Shown here: piece after piece, positions 19,588 through 29,299 of the stretch
Layout of the letters: each line of letters starts with the position of its first letter
How positions within the stretch are numbered: the first letter of the stretch is position 1
NCBI GenBank assembly: GCA_048937405.1
Contig: JBHLNF010000003.1
Coordinates: forward strand, 224,001 to 288,000
Direction: 5' to 3'
DNA from: Promethearchaeota archaeon
GTDB lineage: Archaea > Asgardarchaeota > Lokiarchaeia > Sigyniarchaeales > SOKP01
DNA length: 64,000 bases
Position numbers and translations under genes: made by a program
The notes under the pieces: generated by a model
Databases searched by the model: none
What the model saw: only the letters and a program-made list of their open reading frames with translations
What the model was told of the DNA's origin: nothing

Positions 19588-20007
19588 TCATTTTTTATTT
19601 AGTCTTATTATAAAAGTATAACCTTTATTTCTTTCCTCAGATTCTACAATTTTTTGCCTACCGTATAAATCTACAATTTCTTTTGAGAGATATAACCCTA
19701 ATCCATATCTTTCAATATCTACCCCCAAATCCAATCTATATCTCTCAATTTTTCCAAACTTTTCAAATAATTTTTCTTTTTCTTTCTTAGTTATTCCCAC
19801 TCCAGTATCTTTTACCCAGATATCAATATTTTCAGGATTTTCGATAAGATTAACTAAAATTTCACCTCCTTTTGGAGTGTTCTTCATTGTATTTGAAATA
19901 ATATTTGAAATCATCTGTCTGAAACTAATTTTATCTATCTCTATATAGATTTCACTTGTCATATCAAATTTCAATTTTAACTTACAATTAGCTGCTAAGT
20001 AGTTCAT
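19588..20007 (-). pseudogene. isolated, degenerate histidine kinase HATPase_c domain
   Basis: N box SNIISNTMKNT, VKDTGVGI, LFEKF, eroded G2 box (RYGLGL); no HisKA or sensor domain upstream. Confidence 0.65.
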
Positions 20008-20185
20008 ATCTTTAGCACAATTAAATAAAAGCTTAAGACAAAATTAATTATACCTATTTTTTGATTTCAAATTACTAAATATTAGATCCTTAACCAAAAA
20101 ATCAATTTCATTAGAGGATTAAATTTTAATAAAAAAAAGAATGTAAGAAAATTAGTTAAGTAGGAAAAAAAAAATTATAAAAATC

Positions 20186-20851
20186 ATGACAAATTTTAAA
20201 TCTGTTGTTAATAAACTTCAAAAACACTACTCTGATGCTGAAGATGTAGTAATCGTTAGTAATAAAGGAAAAATCCTTTACTCTACGAATAAATGGGATG
20301 TTAAGCATGATATTTTAAGTGTTTTAAATAGCTGGAAAACTGGTAATGCGCAATTTGTTAACTTATGTGGTATAAAATATTCTATTCTTCAAATGGAACC
20401 CGAACGCTTTATTGGTACTAATCGCCATAAAAAAGGACATCTAATTGGAGCTACTACTCCAGATGGAAAAATTTATATGATAGCTCATATTAAACCTAAA
20501 GCAAAAGGATGGTTTCATATGGCATATCCTGCTGTTGCCAGAGCTGCTGCAATGTTAAAAAAAGGTTCAGAATCAAAATTTATTGACACTGAAGTTGAAA
20601 AATCTAGTAGAAATAAAATTGAGCCAATTTATGAAAGTTCAACAAGTCAGATGGCAGTAAATCAAGTTTTTCCCGCGCGATCCATTTTAGATCCATATCT
20701 TAAAGCGGAAATTGAAGGTTTTTTACAATGGATTAACAATCCCCAAGGATTAGCAGGATATATTACCAATACATTGCTACAAAATGACCATTTTAGGATT
20801 TCTAAACTTGCTGAGATATATAATAGGTTATATTCAATATGTTATGAATAA
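20186..20851 (+). CDS. Asgard profilin-like protein with a C-terminal extension
   Basis: VVIVSNKGKILYSTNKWD...GIKYSILQMEPERFIGTNRHKKGHLIG resembles the Loki profilin pattern as I recall it; about 95 extra C-terminal residues. Confidence 0.65.
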   Translation: MTNFKSVVNKLQKHYSDAEDVVIVSNKGKILYSTNKWDVKHDILSVLNSWKTGNAQFVNLCGIKYSILQMEPERFIGTNRHKKGHLIGATTPDGKIYMIAHIKPKAKGWFHMAYPAVARAAAMLKKGSESKFIDTEVEKSSRNKIEPIYESSTSQMAVNQVFPARSILDPYLKAEIEGFLQWINNPQGLAGYITNTLLQNDHFRISKLAEIYNRLYSICYE

Positions 20852-21174
20852 ATAAGAAGATCTTTGGAAATCTTTTCCAAAAACTAATAACTTTTTACAT
20901 TTAAGAGAAGAAATTAGGATCTATATATTTAACCTTTTTATATCAGTTATTAACTTGCAATGAATTGAAAAATGATAGATTGTATTTTTTTAAGATGAAT
21001 AGTTGTTAGATGCCTTATCGCATCTCAATTTTTTACCAAAGAATTTTCTTTATTTTAATTATCCTCATTTTTTGACAAAAATATAAGTAATTGATTATCA
21101 TAACTATCTTTGTCAGCTTAATGACAATATAATTCATTTATAAGGTAATTTTTTTATTGTTTGAGGTAATTCTA

Positions 21175-23340
21175 ATGAGTTATGTAATATTAGATGAAGA
21201 AAAATATGATATAAAAGGAGGAAAACTAGATCTAAATTCTAAAAACATTGAAAATATAACTGAAATTAGAGGTTTAAAGACTTTTTCTGATTTACAGGTA
21301 TTATATCTTAATAAAAACAAAATAAAAGAGATTAATGGCTTAAAGCATTTAAATAAGTTGAAAGTGTTGGCCCTAAGTGATAATTTGATTACTGAAATAA
21401 AAGGTTTAGAATCAAATATTGATCTAGAATGGTTGAATTTAAGAAGTAATCAAATTACTGAGCTTAGAAACCTAGCTTCATTAAGTAACTTAAAAATTTT
21501 AAACTTACGTGATAATAGAATTACAGAGATTAAAGGATTAGAATCTTTAACTAATCTACAAGAATTAATTTTAACAGATAATCAAATTGCTGAAATTAGA
21601 GAACTACGCTATTTGTCAGATTTACAAGAGATAGATTTAAAAAACAATTTAATTACTGAAATTAAAGGGTTGGAAAATCTTACTAAATTACAGCAGATTG
21701 ATATGACGAATAATCAAATTTTTGAAATAAAAGGATTGGAAAATCTTACAAACTTGCAAGAATTAGTTCTTGCAGATAATAAAATTTCAGAAATTAAAGG
21801 GTTAGAAAATCTTACACGATTACGAGTGCTAAACCTCAGCAATAATCAAATTACAGATGTTAGAGGGTTAGAATCTTTAACTAATTTAAAATTTTTGAAT
21901 CTTAAAGGTAATCCAATTTCATATAGATTGCTTAGAGAATTAGATGGTTTTGATCAAAAAGGAAATGCTAAAAAACCTCAAAAATTTGTAGAATATTGCC
22001 AATATAGATTGGAAGAGGAGAGGAAAAAAGTAGAAAGGATTTGGAACAATACCATTCAATACATTAAAAAGTCGAGTTCAATATATAGTGAAATAACATT
22101 AGATAAAATTAGTTCAAAAACAGGAATTCAATCAAAAAATTTAGAAAGTCTTATTGAGAATATGATTTATAATAAAGAGATAGATGCCCAAATCAGAGGA
22201 AATTTGCTAATTTTTAAAAAACAAGTAATAAAACCAAAACTAGAGCCTAAATTAGAAGAAATGCCGAAGTTATCTCAATTTTTAGATGAATCTATAAAAA
22301 AAAATGTTAAAGTTTTAAGGGGAGGAGATTGGAAAATTGAAGCAAACCAGAGTGTTTTTAATTATAAAGTAAAAATAAAAAACTTATCTAAGTATATTAT
22401 TTCAGACATTCAAGTAATCTTTGGAGATATACCTCCAGGATTAGAATTAAGAATGGATAAATTAATCGAATTTTCAAAATTAAATCCTAATAGTGAGGTT
22501 GCCCCAACATATAAATTATATGCTACTGACAATTGTGTGGGAAGTGAAATAAAAGGTATCGTAAATTACAATGATCATTTTGGCCAAATGCACACAGTTC
22601 AAATAGAGCCATTTGAAATTTGCTATGTATGTAATTTACTTGTACCAAGGAGAGTATCTAGAGAGGAGTTTGAGAATACAATACAAAACATGGAAGGAAG
22701 GATTATGCATATAGATAGTAATATGGATCCATATAAAATTGAGGCTCTTATTAAAAGAAAAATGGAAGAATGTAATTTTGCTTTGCTTAAAGAAATCACA
22801 GAAGCCCAACAAAATGGTTTTAGGAAAATCGAAGGATTAGCTCAAGGATTATATGATAAGCAAGATGTAGCTATATCAATTGCGATGAAAAAACTCGAGG
22901 AAGGTTCAGACATAGAAATAAAGACTTTAAGTGATAAGGTGGAAAAAACAACTGATCTTTTAAAAGATATTAGTATTAAAATTGAAGACATAAAAAGTGA
23001 TACTCAAAAAGTTCAAGATATTATTTATTATTTGGATGAATCTAAAATCAGAGAAACTTTAAGTATTGTAATTGAAAATCCTAAAGATTTAAATAGAGTT
23101 ATCTATAAAGTTATTAAAAATCCAAATTGGAGTGATGAAGAAAAAGATAAATGGGCTAAAATTGTTATGGAAACTCTCAATTATTACAAAATGTTTAAAA
23201 CTCCGTTGTGGTTAAAATTCCTCAAAGGAATTACTAAAATCACATTAGGCGAACCAGCATCAAGAGCCATTACGGCTGGAGTGGAAGAATTAGTAGATTG
23301 GTTAAATTTAAAAATTGCTAAACGGCATATTAATAAATAA
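21175..23340 (+). CDS. LRR - PCI-like winged helix - adaptin-appendage-like protein
   Basis: 10-11 SDS22-type 22-aa repeats (LxxLxLxxNxIxEIKGLENL); SIYSEITLDKISSKTGI...LIENMIYNKEIDAQI; then a beta-rich and an alpha/beta domain. ATG 21175 follows GAGGT. Confidence 0.75.
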   Translation: MSYVILDEEKYDIKGGKLDLNSKNIENITEIRGLKTFSDLQVLYLNKNKIKEINGLKHLNKLKVLALSDNLITEIKGLESNIDLEWLNLRSNQITELRNLASLSNLKILNLRDNRITEIKGLESLTNLQELILTDNQIAEIRELRYLSDLQEIDLKNNLITEIKGLENLTKLQQIDMTNNQIFEIKGLENLTNLQELVLADNKISEIKGLENLTRLRVLNLSNNQITDVRGLESLTNLKFLNLKGNPISYRLLRELDGFDQKGNAKKPQKFVEYCQYRLEEERKKVERIWNNTIQYIKKSSSIYSEITLDKISSKTGIQSKNLESLIENMIYNKEIDAQIRGNLLIFKKQVIKPKLEPKLEEMPKLSQFLDESIKKNVKVLRGGDWKIEANQSVFNYKVKIKNLSKYIISDIQVIFGDIPPGLELRMDKLIEFSKLNPNSEVAPTYKLYATDNCVGSEIKGIVNYNDHFGQMHTVQIEPFEICYVCNLLVPRRVSREEFENTIQNMEGRIMHIDSNMDPYKIEALIKRKMEECNFALLKEITEAQQNGFRKIEGLAQGLYDKQDVAISIAMKKLEEGSDIEIKTLSDKVEKTTDLLKDISIKIEDIKSDTQKVQDIIYYLDESKIRETLSIVIENPKDLNRVIYKVIKNPNWSDEEKDKWAKIVMETLNYYKMFKTPLWLKFLKGITKITLGEPASRAITAGVEELVDWLNLKIAKRHINK

Positions 23341-23456
23341 TTTCCTCAACTTTTTTCTTATGCAATATTTAAGAATTAAGGAAAAAAAATAAAAAATTTC
23401 TTAGAGAATTTTTCCAGATGATTATTTAATTCTCTAATTTTAAATCTAAAAAATTA

Positions 23457-26400
23457 TTATCTTAAGATTTCTTCATAGAGATTCTGGATAAATCCTTCGA
23501 AATCATCTTTAGTAAATTTAACATTTAACATTTGCCATAGTAATCGAGGTATATGGTCTTCATCTTCATAAACAGGGATAATTTTCATCAGCCCTTTTTT
23601 AACCATTTGATATGCTGATTGCCATTCACCTTTTACTGCATCAGATTTTATGGAATTTTCTGAGCAAAATAATACGAAAACATTAGTTTTTTTAAGAGTC
23701 TCTTCCATAAATTCTACGATATTTTGCTTGCTATCTACTTCCCAGAATAAGACCTGATCTATTTCAGGATATAATTCTAGTCGTCTAACAATTCTAGAAA
23801 CTTGAAAGTAATCTGTGTCTAATGTTGAATAACTTATGAAAACATTATGTTTTGCCATAATTTCTTCTTTAGGTATAAGTACTGCCGCTTCTAATGCCAG
23901 AGCTTTAGAGCTTGAAAAGTATTCACCTTGGATTTCTTTATTTTTAATCATATCTTGAATTACATTCTCAATTATAGTTTCATCTATTATACCGCTCTTT
24001 TCACTTATATCTACGAGTTGTAAACGAGTAAATTTCGCCCCTAAGGTTAAGATTGTCTGCTTAATTCGATTAATTGTTTCTACTTGTGACTTTTTACAAA
24101 TTAATATTTTTTCTTCAGCTGCATTCACTAAGTCTATTAATTCAAAAGTCTGAGCTTCGTTTTGAATTTCTGTTAAATTTTCTATAGCTTTATCTAATTC
24201 ATTCGCCTTAATTAGAGAATCTACAAAAGACATTCTTTCTTGAAGTTCTTCTTCAGTTTTAGTTTTCTTTTCTTTAACTTTTTGTTCATCTATTTTAATC
24301 TGATAATATGCGATTGTAGTTTTAATTTGAGTTTTATTTGATTTTATTTTTTCTTTATATTCAATGAGATTATAATTTTTAACAATTTCTTTAGCTTCTT
24401 TAATTTGTTTTTGAGCTTGGTTTAAGGTCTCTATGGCATCACTATATTCTTGTTTCTGAGCAAACTTATTAGCCGTATCAATGAGGGATGTAGCTTTATT
24501 ATAATATTTATCAACTTTTGCCTCTTGTTTAATCATTTCTTTAGTTTTTTTTTCAATGGGTGCTTCTGCGGATGGTTTCACTTTAGGAGGCTTCCTTTTC
24601 TTTGAAACAACAAGAAGACTTACTAATATTAATCCTAAAATACCCACACTAACTACAATGATAATTAATACGAGGTAATTTTTACCGTCTCCAGGAGTAC
24701 CTTTACTCAAGGTAAGAGGATCTACGGCTAATTCGAGTTCAAAATATTTATCTGAATATCCGTTAGCAGAAATGGTCATATTTAACAAAATGGGCTCTTC
24801 TCCTGGTTCTACGGTTATCGGCTCAAAAGTTGTAAAATAGGTTCCCCCTCCAAGGTTTTGAACATTACTAGACACATCACTGCCATTCCACCACATCTGA
24901 AATGTTGCATCAGAAATTCCATGATTAGTCTTATTATAGACAGAATAAGTAAGATTGAATTCGTCTAAAGAGAAATTAGAATCTGTCACTTCTATAAATA
25001 GATTCCTTTCTGGAGCCCATTGACATGTATAGAAGTATGGCCAATTCAAAACATTCGGCAGAAATCCAGTTAAGGCAACGTGATGTGCAAAAATCACTTT
25101 TAAACAATATGCCCATACATGTGCAGAATCATTAATTAAAAGTTCTTGAATTCTGTCGTACATTACTTCTCTTGCAGGCCCGTCAGGGGTAATGAGCGCT
25201 TGTTCCATTAATAGCTGTACGTTATCATTGATATTCTCAGGGTCTCTACCAGCATAACCTGCCTCTAAATATCCATCATATTGAGCAATATTAGAAGCTT
25301 CTGATCTATTGGTAAACAATGGATTGATAAAGTCGCTAGCATCATTATAGTCAGGTCCCCAGCCAACAAGTAATAGCTCTAGATGATTTCTTGTATACCC
25401 GTTCCACTCGAACATTTTAGAGGTAAGAGTAATTAAATCACTCCCTGCATCCGTTACTCGAATTCCGATTTTCTTTAGATCTCTGATTAACATTGTATAT
25501 ACATCTTCTCGAAGTTCGGAGCCGATGTTATAAGAATAGTTAAAGGTTCTAAATGGAGAAGTCTCTGTTGCTGCAACCCATTCAGCGTCGTCATCTAGAT
25601 TAAAGCCTTCCCCATATCCCATTGATTGCATTATTATTCTTGCCTTTGTTAAGTTATATATGGGAACAGGGAATGTCCAGTTGGAGTACTTAAAACCCAT
25701 TGGAATAGGAGATTTCATTCTGATGGCATAACCTAATTTGGTAGTATTAATCAGATAATCATAATTAAATGCATAAGAAATTGCTTCTCTCCATGTCCTA
25801 TTTATCAGCATATTGTTCATTACTAAGTATTGAAAAGTTCCACCAGTATCTCCAGTATTTATCACTGCTATGTCAGGATCATCTGTAAACATATCCACAA
25901 ATTCTGCTACCGGGTCTTTTAAAAAGTGGATGTCCCCTGTTAATAATGCCGCATTTCTAGCATCCGGATCTTCAATTTCTGAAAAAACTAAATTATCAAT
26001 GCCCCCCCAATATCCTCTCCAATAATTATCATAAGCATGCAAGGTTACTTCGACATCCTCCTCATATGAATCATACACAAAAGGACCAGTTCCCACAACA
26101 TCCCCATCAAGTTCAACAATACCGCCTGTTTCATTATAGTATGTGTCGGTCAATATGGATGAGGCCGTATAGCATAACAAGTCCTCGAAAGGCGCATAGA
26201 CACCATTTAACTCAAACCTTACAGTATCACTATCTACTTTAACAACATCTTTTATAATTTGAGTACCATTAGGGTATACATATAATGATCTTACCAGGGG
26301 AATGCCGCCTGTATTAAGACCTGTGAAATTATACAACCAAGCTTGTCTATCAAAACTAAATACAACATCATCTGCGTCAAATGTGGAACCATCGTGGAAA

Positions 26401-26756
26401 GTGACACCAGTTCGGAGATTAACAGTATAATTTGTGTGACTTACGTCCCAGGTACCCATTTCTGCGGCGAGTAGGGGCATGATCGGCAGAGTGGGATCGC
26501 TTAAAGTATAAGTAAATAATGTTTCCACAACCTGAAAGAGTACATCCATTGATGACTCATCCCAGCAATTTTGGGGATCAATTGTATTGAGTAAGTTCGG
26601 TACACCATAAACAAAGGGAATGCTCGCAGAATCTGCACTAAATAATAAACTTGAATCAATAGCATTTTTGCGATAATCTCTAAAATTAATGAAACCATTT
26701 GATAAAGAAAGTAATATTGTTATAATTAAAAAAATTGTTTTATACTTTTTTTTCAT
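23457..26756 (-). CDS. single-pass membrane protein: family-5 (OppA/DppA) solute-binding domain - Ig-like - TM - helical repeats - PCI-like wH - TIR
   Basis: N-terminal hydrophobic leader (MKKKYKTIFLIITILLSLS, ATG 26756); LRTGVTFHDGSTFDADDVVFSF, GTGPF, GWGPDYND; TM YLVLIIIVVSVGILGLILVSLLVVS-KKRK; TIR VFISYS...LFCSENSIKSDAVKGEW...IIPV. Confidence 0.85.
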   Translation of the reverse strand: MKKKYKTIFLIITILLSLSNGFINFRDYRKNAIDSSLLFSADSASIPFVYGVPNLLNTIDPQNCWDESSMDVLFQVVETLFTYTLSDPTLPIMPLLAAEMGTWDVSHTNYTVNLRTGVTFHDGSTFDADDVVFSFDRQAWLYNFTGLNTGGIPLVRSLYVYPNGTQIIKDVVKVDSDTVRFELNGVYAPFEDLLCYTASSILTDTYYNETGGIVELDGDVVGTGPFVYDSYEEDVEVTLHAYDNYWRGYWGGIDNLVFSEIEDPDARNAALLTGDIHFLKDPVAEFVDMFTDDPDIAVINTGDTGGTFQYLVMNNMLINRTWREAISYAFNYDYLINTTKLGYAIRMKSPIPMGFKYSNWTFPVPIYNLTKARIIMQSMGYGEGFNLDDDAEWVAATETSPFRTFNYSYNIGSELREDVYTMLIRDLKKIGIRVTDAGSDLITLTSKMFEWNGYTRNHLELLLVGWGPDYNDASDFINPLFTNRSEASNIAQYDGYLEAGYAGRDPENINDNVQLLMEQALITPDGPAREVMYDRIQELLINDSAHVWAYCLKVIFAHHVALTGFLPNVLNWPYFYTCQWAPERNLFIEVTDSNFSLDEFNLTYSVYNKTNHGISDATFQMWWNGSDVSSNVQNLGGGTYFTTFEPITVEPGEEPILLNMTISANGYSDKYFELELAVDPLTLSKGTPGDGKNYLVLIIIVVSVGILGLILVSLLVVSKKRKPPKVKPSAEAPIEKKTKEMIKQEAKVDKYYNKATSLIDTANKFAQKQEYSDAIETLNQAQKQIKEAKEIVKNYNLIEYKEKIKSNKTQIKTTIAYYQIKIDEQKVKEKKTKTEEELQERMSFVDSLIKANELDKAIENLTEIQNEAQTFELIDLVNAAEEKILICKKSQVETINRIKQTILTLGAKFTRLQLVDISEKSGIIDETIIENVIQDMIKNKEIQGEYFSSSKALALEAAVLIPKEEIMAKHNVFISYSTLDTDYFQVSRIVRRLELYPEIDQVLFWEVDSKQNIVEFMEETLKKTNVFVLFCSENSIKSDAVKGEWQSAYQMVKKGLMKIIPVYEDEDHIPRLLWQMLNVKFTKDDFEGFIQNLYEEILR

Positions 26757-26856
26757 AAATTTGACCCTATTTTTTGTTATGATTATTTTAGATAGAAATG
26801 TATAAAAACATTTTTGTCTAAATTTCAAAACTAGAAAGTTGACCTGAAAAAACCAA

Positions 26857-26888
26857 CGTTAAGAGATTGAATCGTTAAGAGATTAAAT
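26857..26888. repeat. 16-bp tandem repeat upstream of the SBP-TIR gene
   Basis: CGTTAAGAGATTGAAT CGTTAAGAGATTAAAT (1 mismatch). Confidence 0.7.
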
Positions 26889-27338
26889 AAAGAGAGACAT
26901 AACTATTAATTTGTAGTTATTACTGTAGGAGTGCAAATAGTAATAACCAATATCTGTCATATTTTTAAAATATATGGAAATATTTTCGAATCATTTACTG
27001 GACATCATTATTTATACTTTGCTTGTATTTTATTTTAGATATTGCAATATCTTTAATGTTTTAATATAGTTCACTTAAACAACTTACTGTTTTTTAAATT
27101 ACTAAATCTACAATCTTAATAACATATTAAGAGAAGATTTTTAAAGAAATCTAAAGCAATTTAAAATGATAATTCAATATTGGTGGTGAAAAATGATGAT
27201 TCATTGTCATGAAATGAAAGATGGAGATATATATAAAAGTAAATAATCAAATATAGAATGTTATGAATGGTGAAACTTTTATTATCTTATTTGAATTATA
27301 AATAATTAATTTAATTTTCAAAACGAAAAAATAAGAAA

Positions 27339-28112
27339 ATGTCGCTTCCATCAAAAAAAGCTATTCAAGTTGATGAGAATACAGTTAATTATGAGTATAA
27401 AATGTTAAACCATGTAATGTCGCTGGTTTACCACGAAGATAAATGCATTGAATGTGGATTTTGTCATCGAGTTTGCCCTGTTACTGTTTCAATTTATGAT
27501 GAGCCTTTAAAAAAAACTGCAATAGGAACACCAAAAGAGATGAGCATTGAATCAGACAAAAAAATCGTAGTTGATACAGAGAAATGTGTATGGTGTGGCT
27601 GTTGTACCTGGATCTGTCCAGGTTATACGTTAGAACTTTTCATAAATGGAGAGAAAAAGTTAAATGTTGTCGAGAATGGTTCACTTCCAGAATTCGAAGA
27701 AGAAGTAAGGACATTAGAAGATGGAAAAAAAGTTCGAAAAGTAGTAGAAGGTTCTATAACAATTACGTGTAATGAGAAAGATAAAAAAATAATAGAGGCA
27801 TTTTGCGACGAATGTACCGTCAGTGCGATGGAAAGAAAGGATACTGAAATTGAAATAGATGGAGATAAATGCATTCTATGTTTTAAATGCTCTGAAGCAG
27901 CTAAGGAATATGATAATATTACTGTTGAAATTCATCGTGATAGATTTAAAAATGTAAAAGGAGAGCCTTCTTCTGTGTGGAATGGTATTATGTTAAGAGT
28001 TCTTGGAAAAGAAGGTAAAGTTAAGGGTATTTTGAGTCGAAGCCAAAATAAACTTGCTGATGCAGTTATGAGATTAATGGGAAAAGAATTTGAAGAAGAA
28101 GAGGAAGCTTAA
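27339..28112 (+). CDS. polyferredoxin, FwdF-like
   Basis: CIECGFCHRVCP, CVWCGCCTWICP, CILCFKC; LELFINGE...GSLPEF resembles FwdF. Confidence 0.72.
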   Translation: MSLPSKKAIQVDENTVNYEYKMLNHVMSLVYHEDKCIECGFCHRVCPVTVSIYDEPLKKTAIGTPKEMSIESDKKIVVDTEKCVWCGCCTWICPGYTLELFINGEKKLNVVENGSLPEFEEEVRTLEDGKKVRKVVEGSITITCNEKDKKIIEAFCDECTVSAMERKDTEIEIDGDKCILCFKCSEAAKEYDNITVEIHRDRFKNVKGEPSSVWNGIMLRVLGKEGKVKGILSRSQNKLADAVMRLMGKEFEEEEEA

Positions 28113-28157
28113 ATTACCACTTTCTTTATCCTATTTTTGTTATTTTATCATAAGAAT

Positions 28158-29033
28158 TTATTGTTTGTATAATTTATTTTGTTGAAATGCCTGTAAAATA
28201 GCATTCATTCGTCTTTTAATATTTCTCTTATACATCAAGTCAGTATGGGTTAATATATAAAACACTTCATCCCTTATTGCTTGAAATACAATGTCACCTA
28301 CATTATTAGGTGAAAGTCCTGCCTTTAACATTTGACGAGTCATTTCTAATACTTGCTTAGATTCTGGATACTTCTCAATCAGTTTTTCTGCAACGGGTTT
28401 ATAATCTGGTCCGCGATACTTAGCAGGACGATTACGTTCACAATCCATAATTTTTGTATCAACAAATGATGGGCAAAGAACAGAAACCTTTATTTTTGAG
28501 TGTACTTGTTCAAGTTGCTGAGCTAAAGCTTCAGAGAGGACAATAATACCATGTTTTGTAGCACCATAAATCCCATTTCCCGCACCTGACATGAGTCCAG
28601 CAAGAGACGATGTATTTAATATATGACATTCATTTTGTTGTTTAAGCATGATTGGAACAAAATTACGTATACCATGGATTACACCCCAAAAGTTTACATT
28701 AATAATCCATTTCCAATCGGGTAGAGAATGTTCCCACATAAGGCCAGGCATCATCACACCAGCATTATTACATAATAAATGCACTTCTCCAAAAGTATCT
28801 ATTGATTTTTGGGCTAATGCCTTAACTTCTTTTGCTTTTGAAACATCTGTTAATACAGATATAACATTCGCTCTTACTGCTTTCAATTCCTTTTCGGCGT
28901 TAGATAATGCATCTATATCAATGTCGGCAAGGACGACGTTCATTCCTTCCTTAACAGCTCTATTTGCAATTCCACGTCCTATGCCATTTGCACCGCCCGT
29001 GATAACAGCAACTTTATCTTTAAAATCTTTCAT
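28158..29033 (-). CDS. short-chain dehydrogenase/reductase
   Basis: TGGANGIG, NNAG, YGATK. Confidence 0.92.
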   Translation of the reverse strand: MKDFKDKVAVITGGANGIGRGIANRAVKEGMNVVLADIDIDALSNAEKELKAVRANVISVLTDVSKAKEVKALAQKSIDTFGEVHLLCNNAGVMMPGLMWEHSLPDWKWIINVNFWGVIHGIRNFVPIMLKQQNECHILNTSSLAGLMSGAGNGIYGATKHGIIVLSEALAQQLEQVHSKIKVSVLCPSFVDTKIMDCERNRPAKYRGPDYKPVAEKLIEKYPESKQVLEMTRQMLKAGLSPNNVGDIVFQAIRDEVFYILTHTDLMYKRNIKRRMNAILQAFQQNKLYKQ

Positions 29034-29299
29034 AAGGATCTCGTTATAATTACTTAATTATAAAATCTAAAATTAGATATTAATAAAAAAAAATAAGATA
29101 AAATATAACATTTTTCAAAAAAAATGACAATTATATAAAAAAATCAAAATTTAACTTTTATCCGCAAATACAATATTTCTAATAATTATAAGAGGTAGAA
29201 AATTATAAAACTAAAAAATTAAAAAACTATCTACCACATATTTAGATTGTTATTTCTAATAAAACAAAACCTATTAAAAAATTGATAAAGTGATATAAA

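Noticed and set aside
21226-21920. Periodic 66-bp repeats resembling a CRISPR array
   Set aside because: They are degenerate, in-frame codons of 22-aa LRRs, with no invariant repeat and unique spacer structure
25000-26640. Higher GC in the SBP domain as evidence of recent foreign origin
   Set aside because: It can be explained by amino-acid composition (Gly/Pro/Asp-rich versus Lys/Glu-rich tail). GC3 would need to be computed before making any claim.
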